Source: an uncultured Candidatus Saccharibacteria bacterium
Lineage (GTDB): Bacteria > Patescibacteriota > Minisyncoccia > Minisyncoccales > CG1-02-41-26
DNA: 36,041 nucleotides
Assembly: GCA_964383715.1 (NCBI GenBank)
Contig: CAYLHU010000001.1
Coordinates: 79,975-116,015, forward strand
Reading direction: 5' to 3'
A model generated the notes under the pieces. It was not told the origin of the DNA and made no database searches. It saw nothing but the letters and a program-made list of their open reading frames with translations. Each line of letters opens with the position of its first letter. Position 1 is the stretch's first letter. Below, one piece after another: positions 9,112 through 16,287 of the stretch. A program made the translations under genes and the position numbers.

Positions 9112-11559
9112 TTAAATATCCAAATTCTTGACTTTCTTGGCGTAAAGCTGAATAAATTTCTTTCGGGGCATAACCTCTTTCCCCATTAATATGTCAAAAA
9201 TATGGTCAGCTTCTTTGGCGTCCTCAATAACCACTTTTAGCAATATCCTGTTTTGAGGGTCCATTGTCGTAGTCCAAAGTTCCAAAGGGTTCATCTCTCC
9301 CAAGCCCTTATATCGTTGGATATTTGGCTCTGTTTTTTTCTCTTTTTTAAAAGTGGTTAAAATCTCTTCTTTATCGGCATCCGTATAGGCATACTCTACG
9401 CTTTTCCCGCTTTGAATCTTATAAAGGGGTGGCTGGGCTATGTAAAGATATCCTTTATTAATTATCTCCCGAAAATATCTGTAAAACAGAGTTAAAAGTA
9501 ATGTTCGAATATGCGCCCCATCAACATCTGCATCGGTCATTATTATAATTCTTTGGTATCTTAGGCGACTTATATCAAAGTCCTGGGCGATGGCTGTTCC
9601 TAAAGCAATAATTAACGCCTTAACTTCGTTGAAAGTTAATATCTTATCAAGGCGTGCTCTTTCTACATTTAAAATTTTTCCTTTAAGGGGCAATATCGCT
9701 TGAAATCTCCTGTCTCTCGCCATTTTCCCACTATTATGGACAAAGACACCAGAAGCCAAAGCAAAATTATGAGTCCTCTCTACTTCTATATCGTAAACAT
9801 CTATTTTTTGAGAAACTTTGACTATTTTTTTGATACGATGATTATAATTTAACACAGCACTTTTTAATTTTTCTTTATCACTATCAAAAAATCTATGGCA
9901 AATTGTCTCATATTTTAAAATGCTCTTGTCATTTCTTAATTCCCGCTCTTGTTTTTTACGATAGAGTGGCATCAATGAATCTTTTACAGTAAGGTCTTCT
10001 GCTTTTTTATACCCCCCATTTCTTAACATAAACTTATGGTCGGGAGTACAGGTTATTTCTTCATCATTGTCCAATATCAATTTAACAACTTTCACCTTTT
10101 TCTTGGTTTTCCGAGCATTTTTTATTAATTCAACTCCAATCTCTCCATTTTCTTTTATGGTATAACAATAATTTTTCTTGCCTTCTTTTTCTTCCTTAAT
10201 TAACTCCTTAAAAGAAACATCTTTGCCATTTACTAAACTAATTTTCGTATCGCCGGCAAAACACCCTCCGGCGCTGTCTCCCTCAACTATATAAATTTCC
10301 GATTCGGACGGGTCCTTTGAGGAACAATCGGCTAATTTACCCGGTAAAGTCAACCCCTCTAAAATCCCTTTTCGCAAAACGGTTGTCCTCGCCACTTTGG
10401 CGGCTCTTCTTGCCCGAGCTGCCAAAAAACAATTTTCAATTATGGACTTGGCGTCTTGAGGGTTTTTCTCCAAGAATTCAGATAGGCCTTCTAAAACAAC
10501 GGCTTCAACAACGGACTTTGCTTCAGGATTCCCTAATTTAGCTTTCGTTTGCCCCTCAAATTGAGGTTCTTTTATTTTAACGGAAACGACCGAAGTCAAC
10601 CCTTCCCGAACATCATTCCCCGTGAGATTTTCATCCTTCTCTTTCAAGAAACCATTTTTCCGAGCATAATCATTCAAGGTTCTAGTCAACGCCCCTCTAA
10701 AACCGGTGAGATGGGTTCCCCCTTCGCCAGTAAAAATATTATTGGCAAAACTTTCCTCAAAACACTCCATCTCTTTTGTATATTGAAAAGCGGCTTCTAC
10801 CAAAATTTCATCTTTTTTCTTACAGGTATAAAAAATATGTTCGTGGCGAGGTTCGGAATCGTTAATTAGGTATTTAACATAGGAAGTCAAACCACCTTCA
10901 AAGTAAAAATTATAATCAAAATTAGGAAAAGTTCTTTCGTCGCGAACTTTTAATTTGACACCAAAACTTAAATAGGCCTGTTGACGAATATGATTTACAA
11001 TCTTTTTAAAATCAAATTTTACATTTTTAAATATGGTAGAATCGGGCTCAAAAATTATCGTTGTTCCCCTTTTATTACAACTTCCTATTTTTTTTATTTT
11101 CGTCTTTACTTTGCCTCGAGAATATTCTTGAGCATATTTCGCTCCATCCCGACAAACTTCAGCTCTCAAGTAATTACTTAAAGCACAAACAACAGAGACC
11201 CCAACTCCATGCAATCCCCCGGCTACCTGATAGGCCTTCCCACCGAACTTAGCCCCGGCATGCAAAGTCGTCATAACCGTTTCCAACGCCGATTTTCCGG
11301 TTTGAGGGTGCCTATCAACCGGTATCCCCCGGCCATTATCCTCGCATTTAATTCTGTTATCTGATAAAAGAGTGATTTCTATTTCGTTGGCAAAACCGGC
11401 CATCGCTTCATCAATACCATTATCTAAAACTTCCCAAACCAAATGGTGAAGTCCCTCGGGGCCCGTGGAACCAATATACATCCCCGGTCTTTTTCTGACC
11501 GGCTCAAGCCCTTTAAGGACATAAATATCTTTGGCACTATATTCTTCTTCTTTAATCAT
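9112..11559 (-). CDS. gyrB: DNA gyrase subunit B, interrupted by an in-frame mini-intein
   Basis: GHKL ATPase (HHLVWEVLDNGIDEA, GLHGVG), Toprim EGDSAGG ... IMTDADVDGAHI, and a QRYKGLGEM tail. It is 815 aa with the intein and 638 aa without it. Confidence 0.95.
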   Translation of the reverse strand: MIKEEEYSAKDIYVLKGLEPVRKRPGMYIGSTGPEGLHHLVWEVLDNGIDEAMAGFANEIEITLLSDNRIKCEDNGRGIPVDRHPQTGKSALETVMTTLHAGAKFGGKAYQVAGGLHGVGVSVVCALSNYLRAEVCRDGAKYAQEYSRGKVKTKIKKIGSCNKRGTTIIFEPDSTIFKNVKFDFKKIVNHIRQQAYLSFGVKLKVRDERTFPNFDYNFYFEGGLTSYVKYLINDSEPRHEHIFYTCKKKDEILVEAAFQYTKEMECFEESFANNIFTGEGGTHLTGFRGALTRTLNDYARKNGFLKEKDENLTGNDVREGLTSVVSVKIKEPQFEGQTKAKLGNPEAKSVVEAVVLEGLSEFLEKNPQDAKSIIENCFLAARARRAAKVARTTVLRKGILEGLTLPGKLADCSSKDPSESEIYIVEGDSAGGCFAGDTKISLVNGKDVSFKELIKEEKEGKKNYCYTIKENGEIGVELIKNARKTKKKVKVVKLILDNDEEITCTPDHKFMLRNGGYKKAEDLTVKDSLMPLYRKKQERELRNDKSILKYETICHRFFDSDKEKLKSAVLNYNHRIKKIVKVSQKIDVYDIEVERTHNFALASGVFVHNSGKMARDRRFQAILPLKGKILNVERARLDKILTFNEVKALIIALGTAIAQDFDISRLRYQRIIIMTDADVDGAHIRTLLLTLFYRYFREIINKGYLYIAQPPLYKIQSGKSVEYAYTDADKEEILTTFKKEKKTEPNIQRYKGLGEMNPLELWTTTMDPQNRILLKVVIEDAKEADHIFDILMGKEVMPRKKFIQLYAKKVKNLDI
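9733..10263 (-). mobile_element. 177-aa mini-intein within GyrB (residues 433-609), no homing-endonuclease domain
   Basis: It is inserted in the Toprim motif: EGDSAGG|CFAGDTKISL ... (TCTPDHKF, block B) ... VYDIEVERTHNFA ... GVFVHN|SGKMARD. It shows Cys1, the TxxH block, a terminal HN and a Ser +1. Confidence 0.9.
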
Positions 11560-11663
11560 TTTTTTATTATTTATTAATTTCAGTAGAGCAATTAAACAAT
11601 CTTCATTATTAATTTTAACAAAATATCGCCAAAAAACAAGAAAGAAATCTATTTTTAATCTAA

Positions 11664-11726
11664 CAAAAAAGGGAGGGTAACTGTCGTTGACTAAAAATGT
11701 CGTTGACCAAACCTGTTACCCTCCCC
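11664..11726 (-). terminator. rho-independent terminator
   Basis: On the minus strand, GGGAGGGTAAC-loop-GTTACCCTCCC is followed by TTTTTTG. The loop contains a direct repeat of GTCAACGAC. Confidence 0.7.
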
Positions 11727-12259
11727 TTACGCTTCTTCTCTCTGAAGAAACGGATCGATCGTATGAAGATGGCGAACTAGCAAATCAGCCAATTCGTCCC
11801 TCCTTCTGGGAGTTCGCTCACCCGACTTTCTAGGTAGGATAACCCCCTGAATCGCAGGTGCCGAACTTTTCTTGAGTTCGTTTCAATATGACAGAAATAT
11901 TTTTTCCGAGCCAGATTAGTCCTTGTGGCTTGAGTTTTTGACTCGCTGAATCCACCGTTAGACCTCGACTCGATTTCCGAAACATTGAACGAACTTCTTT
12001 TCGAATTCGCTCTTTGAAAATGGCAGAAAATGCTTTCTCTTGATACCGGACCTTTCTAATCCGGGACTGCGCATTTCACGCCGGCGAAATAATAATTTTC
12101 AAAAGCGAACTCTAAGATAAAATTTACTCTTTGAGGAAGATTTTTTGGTGGCTTATACCCAGTAAGGTCCTGGCGTACTTGCACATCCTTGACTAAACGT
12201 CGTGTTTTTTCCTCCTTAAGCAAACTTATTCTTTTTTGTTTTCAAAGAACTTCAATTAT
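11664..12259 (-). ncRNA. candidate large (about 600 nt) structured non-coding RNA, class unknown
   Basis: ORF-free and visibly more G+C-rich than other spacers. It is bracketed by a near-consensus promoter and an intrinsic terminator on the minus strand and contains recurrent CGAACT/AGTTCG helices. Confidence 0.45.
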
Positions 12260-12265
12260 ATTTAC

Positions 12266-12293
12266 ATTGTAGCATAACCATTTTATTTGTCAA
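12266..12293 (-). promoter_or_regulatory. sigma70-like promoter TTGACA-16 nt-TGcTACAAT (extended -10)
   Basis: On the minus strand it reads gTTGACAaataaaatggttaTGcTACAAT. The -35 overlaps the last pheT codons and its stop. Confidence 0.55.
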
Positions 12294-14355
12294 CCCCTCT
12301 GACTTTCCAATCTGCTTTTTTCTCCAATTCATTGACAATTCTTTGATGGATATTGTCAACTTCTTCGGATGTTAATGTTTTCTTCCCCGATTGATAAATT
12401 ATATGAAAGGCAAGATTCTTTTTGCCTTTGGGAATTTCTTTTCCTTCATAAATATCAAAAAGTTCAACATCTTTAACTAAACCTTTTCCGATGTTGTTTA
12501 TTTTATCCAAGATATCAACTATCTTTGTATTATGAGAAACCAAAATGGCTAAATCCCTAACCGCTGGCGGATAAGGAGATATTGGATTATATTCTTGTTC
12601 TTCGGAAGCAATTTTAGAAATTTTTTCAAAATTAAGATTGAAAAGAAAAATTTTTTCCTTAATATCTATTTTTTTCAGTATAGCCGAATTAATTTCTCCC
12701 AAGAAACCAATCCCCTCCTTCCCAGCTTTTATTTCGGCGCATTTTTGAATATTCCAAAAGTTTGGACTGGAGAACTCTGAAGTTGATTGGAAATCGTCAT
12801 AAAGAATATTGCTGATGGCCAACTTATTGAGAAGAAAGTCCACGACACCTTTTAATTCATAAAAATCTTCAGAATTTGTTTTTTTTCTGGCGATTAACCC
12901 GCTAAGCATTTTTCTTTCTTTTATTTCTTCTTTTTTATTTTTTAATTGTCTTTTTTCAAAGACATCGCCTAATTCAAAAATCTTTATTTCTTCAAAGTTT
13001 TTTAGATTTTCTTCAACATTTTTTACCAGCTTAATCAATAAATTAGGACGAAGATACCTATTAAGAGAACTAATCGGATTTTCCAATTCTACCAATTTTT
13101 TCTCATCTAATTCGAAAACCTCTTTTTCTTTCTCCCCAATAAAGGAATAATTATAGACCTCAAAAAAACCTAATTCTTTTAAAATATCCTGACAAATTTT
13201 TTGCCAGAATATTTCTTTATTTTTTGAAGGAGAAAATAATGGTGAATAAGGATAACTCGGAATAATATTCTGATAATCCAAAATCCTTCCTATTTCCTCA
13301 ATTAAATCCTCTTGGAGAGAGACATCTAATCTTCGGGTGGGAACTTTTATCTCTATTTCCTCAGATAATTTCCCCTTAACTTCAAACCCTAATTTTTCAA
13401 GAGCGTTTTTTATTTCTTTCCCGAGAACTTTTCGCCCTAATAATTTTTCAACATAATTCAAATTTAGTTTAATTTTTCTTTCAGTCGTTTTTTTAGGATA
13501 AAAATCTATAGTCTTCCGAGAAACATCTCCTCCGCTTATTCCCTGAACTAGCGAGGAAACTCTTTCTTGGGTCCAATCGGCCAAATTAGGGTCAATCCCA
13601 TTTTCAAAGCGCCAAGAGGCGTCTGTTTTTAGTTTTATTTTTTTAGAGGTTCTTCTAATGAGTTTAGGATTAAAATTGGCCGCTTCTATAAGTATTCTTT
13701 TTGTTTGGGAGTCAATCTCCGCTTTCTCCCCTCCCTTGATTCCGGCAATAGCTAATGGCTCTTTTTCATCGGCTATTACTAAAATATCCTCGTCTAATTT
13801 ATAAACCTCTCCCCCAAGAGCTTTTATTTCTTCCCCCTTCCTCGCCCTCCTAACAATTATTTCTTGTCCCATTTTATCAAGGTCAAAAGCGTGAAGGGGC
13901 TGGCCAGTTTCTAACATCACATAATTTGTAATATCAACAATACTATTTATAGGTTGAAGCCCGCAGGACTTTAATCTTTTTTGAATCCAAAAAGGAGAGT
14001 CCTTAACTTTGATATTGGAAATTACCCTCCCAGTATAACGGGGGCAATCATTTTTATCCTCTACCTTCAATTTAATTTCGTTTTTTACTCTCTCTTCCTT
14101 ATTCTTTTTTATCGGACAAAGAGGAAGACAAAATTTCTGACCGGAAACAATAGCGGATTCTCTGGCTACGCCGATATGAGACAAACAATCACAAGCACGA
14201 TTTGGTAAAACATCAATATCCATAACCCAGTCCTCATTTCTTTTTTCAATTTTCTCTACCTCAAAACTATGCCCACTTAAAAGCTCGGCTAATCTTTTGG
14301 GAATTGGTAATTCTCCCTTGATATAATCCTTTAACCAATTGTAAGAAAACAACAT
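12283..14355 (-). CDS. pheT: phenylalanine--tRNA ligase beta subunit
   Basis: MLFSYNWLKDYI N-terminus, B3/4 and B5 regions, C-terminal anticodon-binding FDIYEGK...K..LAF. No pheS is adjacent. Confidence 0.9.
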   Translation of the reverse strand: MLFSYNWLKDYIKGELPIPKRLAELLSGHSFEVEKIEKRNEDWVMDIDVLPNRACDCLSHIGVARESAIVSGQKFCLPLCPIKKNKEERVKNEIKLKVEDKNDCPRYTGRVISNIKVKDSPFWIQKRLKSCGLQPINSIVDITNYVMLETGQPLHAFDLDKMGQEIIVRRARKGEEIKALGGEVYKLDEDILVIADEKEPLAIAGIKGGEKAEIDSQTKRILIEAANFNPKLIRRTSKKIKLKTDASWRFENGIDPNLADWTQERVSSLVQGISGGDVSRKTIDFYPKKTTERKIKLNLNYVEKLLGRKVLGKEIKNALEKLGFEVKGKLSEEIEIKVPTRRLDVSLQEDLIEEIGRILDYQNIIPSYPYSPLFSPSKNKEIFWQKICQDILKELGFFEVYNYSFIGEKEKEVFELDEKKLVELENPISSLNRYLRPNLLIKLVKNVEENLKNFEEIKIFELGDVFEKRQLKNKKEEIKERKMLSGLIARKKTNSEDFYELKGVVDFLLNKLAISNILYDDFQSTSEFSSPNFWNIQKCAEIKAGKEGIGFLGEINSAILKKIDIKEKIFLFNLNFEKISKIASEEQEYNPISPYPPAVRDLAILVSHNTKIVDILDKINNIGKGLVKDVELFDIYEGKEIPKGKKNLAFHIIYQSGKKTLTSEEVDNIHQRIVNELEKKADWKVRGVDK

Positions 14356-14394
14356 ACATTTTTATTTTAACAAAATCCTTCCGAAAAACAACAC

Positions 14395-14515
14395 AAAGGA
14401 AGGAAGGAAAAAGTGTAAAAGTGTAAAAGTGAGTAAGTGGACAAGTGAGTAAGTGGACAAGTGGATAAGTGAGTAAGTGGGTAAGTGAGTAAGTGTTGGA
14501 ATGTTGGAATGTTAG
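14395..14515. repeat. period-8 word array (GTGTAAAA, GTGAGTAA, GTGGACAA, GTTGGAAT)
   Basis: Seen directly, immediately upstream of the pheT start. Confidence 0.75.
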
Positions 14516-14558
14516 AGCAGATAAGTGGAATAAATAAAAAATAATAGAAAAAGAAAAA

Positions 14559-14874
14559 AGGTGCGTTTTGAAGGCGATGAGGGATTACCCTCATCTTTGC
14601 TCCTCGCTATGCTTGTCGCAGGCGATGAGGGATTACCCTCATCTGTGAGTCCACAAAGTGGGCGAATAAAGATGAGAGCAAAGCTCTCATCGCTTAACTC
14701 GCTCACTTTGTTCGTTTGGTGCGATCGTCCAGAAACGCACCTGTTTTTTACACGAAGAAAAGAAAATATAAAAGGTTCATTCTGGGACGATCGTCCAGAA
14801 ACGAACCTGTTTTTTTACACGAAGAAAAGAAAATATAAAAGGTTCATTCTAGGACGATCGTCCAGAAACGAACC
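14559..14874. repeat. composite hairpin repeat (unit X with internal duplications)
   Basis: It contains 2 copies of GATGAGGGATTACCCTCATC, the hairpin GATGAGAGCAAAGCTCTCATC, the hairpin GGTGCG..CGCACC followed by a T-run, and 2 copies of a module of about 63 bp with GGACGATCGTCC. Confidence 0.85.
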
Positions 14875-15015
14875 CAAACATAAAGACGGACAGGATAAGG
14901 CAAAAGAAACATTTTATAACAAATATCGCCGATCGTCAGGATTTGTTATAAAATAAATAAATAGATAAATATAGGCAAAAAAGGGAAAAAAAGGGGGAAA
15001 AGAATAAAAGAAAAA

Positions 15016-15216
15016 AGGTGCGTTTTGAAGGCGATGAGGGATTACCCTCATCTGTGAGTCCACAAAGTGGGCGAATAAAGATGAGAGCAAAGCTCTCATC
15101 GCTTAACTCGCTCACTTTGTTCGTTTGGTGCGATCGTCCAGAAACGCACCTGTTTTTTACACGAAGAAAAGAAAATATAAAAGGTTCATTCTGGGACGAT
15201 CGTCCAGAAACGAACC
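15016..15216. repeat. composite hairpin repeat (unit X, second copy, about 200 bp)
   Basis: Near-identical to 14559-14874 minus its internal duplications, in the same orientation. Confidence 0.85.
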
Positions 15217-15277
15217 CGATTGATAAAATGGAAAAAAGAAAAAAGGGAAAGAGGAAATAAAAAAAATAATAAAAAAG

Positions 15278-15352
15278 CGCAGCCGATGGGATTTGAACCC
15301 ACGATCTCCGCCGTGACAGGGCGGCGCTTTGAACCAGCTAAGCTACGACTGC
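15278..15352 (-). tRNA. tRNA-Asp (GUC)
   Basis: The minus strand folds as a cloverleaf: acceptor GCAGTCG/CGGCTGC, anticodon arm CCGCC-CTGTCAC-GGCGG, T arm GTGGG-TTCAAAT-CCCAT. No CCA is encoded. Confidence 0.9.
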
Positions 15353-15405
15353 ATTAGAACGACTTAATGAACAATTTGAATTTAGTCGTTCTTATGTGCC
15401 GGTGT

Positions 15406-15573
15406 TCAAAGATTTTTTTTAAAAAATCTTTTCTATCAATCTTCGTGAAGCGAAGAGATGGTCAAAGATTTTTTTTAAAAAATCTTTTCTATCAATCTTC
15501 GTGAAGCGAAGAGATGGTCAAAGATTTTTTTTCAAAAAATCTTTTCTATCAATCTTCGTGAAGCGAAGATTGA
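15406..15573. repeat. 3 x 56-bp tandem repeat inside the insertion downstream of tRNA-CAU
   Basis: The unit is TCAAAGATTTTTTTTAAAAAATCTTTTCTATCAATCTTCGTGAAGCGAAGAGATGG. It contains the AAAGATTTT..AAAATCTTT palindrome also seen at about 4714 and about 25439. Confidence 0.8.
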
Positions 15574-15640
15574 TGAGGGAGTTGAACATCGCGTTACCAA
15601 CCCCCCTACCAGCGATTAACTAAGTTATCCTAATCTTTTG

Positions 15641-15713
15641 TGCCGGTGGAGGGATTCGGACCCCCGACACGTGGATTATGATTCCACTGCTCTAACCCCT
15701 GAGCTACACCGGC
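15641..15713 (-). tRNA. tRNA with CAU anticodon, elongator Met or Ile2 (lysidine) type
   Basis: Acceptor GCCGGTG/CACCGGC with a paired 1-72, anticodon arm GTGGA-ATCATAA-TCCAC, T loop TCCGAAT. It lacks initiator features. Confidence 0.85.
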
Positions 15714-15849
15714 GTTAGAACAAGTTAATGAGCTACAGCAAATTTACTTGTTCTTACGCCCGCCTAAATTTTGCTCTGCAAAATTTAGGCAGGCATTGAT
15801 TTTTTACCTAAATCATAGATTTAGATAAAATCAATGTTGCGGGGGCTGG

Positions 15850-15940
15850 TGTACTTCGCTAAAGCTTCGTATCACTTTAATATACTTTACTAAAACCCCG
15901 TATCACTTTGCTTGCTATTCCGTAGCTTTAGCGAAGGATA
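15850..15940. mobile_element. 91-bp miniature insertion with 13-bp TIRs, flanked by a duplicated tRNA-fMet 3' end
   Basis: The TIRs are CTTCGCTAAAGCT / AGCTTTAGCGAAG. The flanking 14-bp direct repeats GTTGCGGGGGCTGG lie at 15836-15849 and 15941-15954, and the latter forms part of the tRNA. Confidence 0.65.
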
Positions 15941-15941
15941 G

Positions 15942-16013
15942 TTGCGGGGGCTGGAATCGAACCAGCGATTTCCAGGTTATGGGCCTGGCGAGATACCTCT
16001 TCTCTACCCCGCG
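15942..16013 (-). tRNA. initiator tRNA-fMet (CAU)
   Basis: C1:A72 mismatch at the end of the acceptor stem (CGCGGGG/CCCCGCA), anticodon arm CCAGG-CCCATAA-CCTGG, T arm GCTGG-TTCGATT-CCAGC. Confidence 0.85.
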
Positions 16014-16047
16014 ATAATTTTCTATTCTATATCAACTCCTCTCAAAA

Positions 16048-16281
16048 TCAACTCTTTTTCTTTGTTTTTTTAACAGGTCTAACTGGACTAATCCAATATA
16101 ATAAACTACTCTTGCAAAGAAAATAAATAATTAAAAATAAAAAAGAGGCGGAAATAATAATAAAAACTATTTTCAAAGGAAAAACGCTTTTCTGTAATTG
16201 AGGAGAAATTAAATAATTAAAAATCTCTTTAATCTTGCCCCAAAGTTCCGAATATTCATTTACTTCCGGATAATAATTCAT
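16048..16281 (-). CDS. small hypothetical membrane protein
   Basis: 77 aa with one clear hydrophobic helix (LKIVFIIISASFLFLIIYFLC). It starts 7 nt after the gatA stop. No recognisable family. Confidence 0.4.
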   Translation of the reverse strand: MNYYPEVNEYSELWGKIKEIFNYLISPQLQKSVFPLKIVFIIISASFLFLIIYFLCKSSLLYWISPVRPVKKTKKKS

Positions 16282-16287
16282 TTAGTT

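Noticed and set aside
10317-11252. Plus-strand ORFs antisense to gyrB (10317-10541, 10549-10869, 10981-11181, 11061-11252). Similar antisense ORFs lie within miaA, deoC, tmk, thyX, nusG, pheT, mreB, proS, rseP, rpsI, rpoA, rpsD, rpsK, rpsM, the 434-aa gene and the YkuK-like gene.
   Set aside because: Each lies entirely inside a well-supported gene on the opposite strand and has low-complexity, F/L/S-rich composition typical of antisense frames of AT-rich genes. None has a recognisable motif.
11664-12259. Assignment of the ORF-free GC-rich locus to RNase P RNA, tmRNA, SRP RNA or a T-box leader
   Set aside because: There are short resemblances: AGAAAGUCGGG and AGAAAGGUCCGG to the RNase P P4 strand, GGUGGAUUCAGCGAG to a tmRNA 5' end, and AGGUCCGG to SRP. 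They are in the wrong order or position. No partner P4 strand, no tRNA-like 3' end with a T-loop, and no T-box sequence could be found. I left it as unknown class.
14367-15260. ORF-track entries inside the repeat region (14367-14594, 14512-14706, 14561-14956, 14914-15099, 15018-15260), including the duplicated peptide MRFEGDEGLPSS...
   Set aside because: They are read straight through palindromic hairpins, T-run terminator-like modules and word arrays. They start at GTG with no ribosome-binding context, overlap each other on both strands, and their duplication only reflects the DNA repeat. They are most likely not coding.
15574-15638. Possible fourth tRNA or tRNA pseudogene (GAGGGAGTTGAAC... 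resembles a T arm)
   Set aside because: No cloverleaf can be drawn. The T stem does not pair and there is no 5' acceptor strand. At best it is a fragment associated with the insertion at the tRNA-CAU 3' end.
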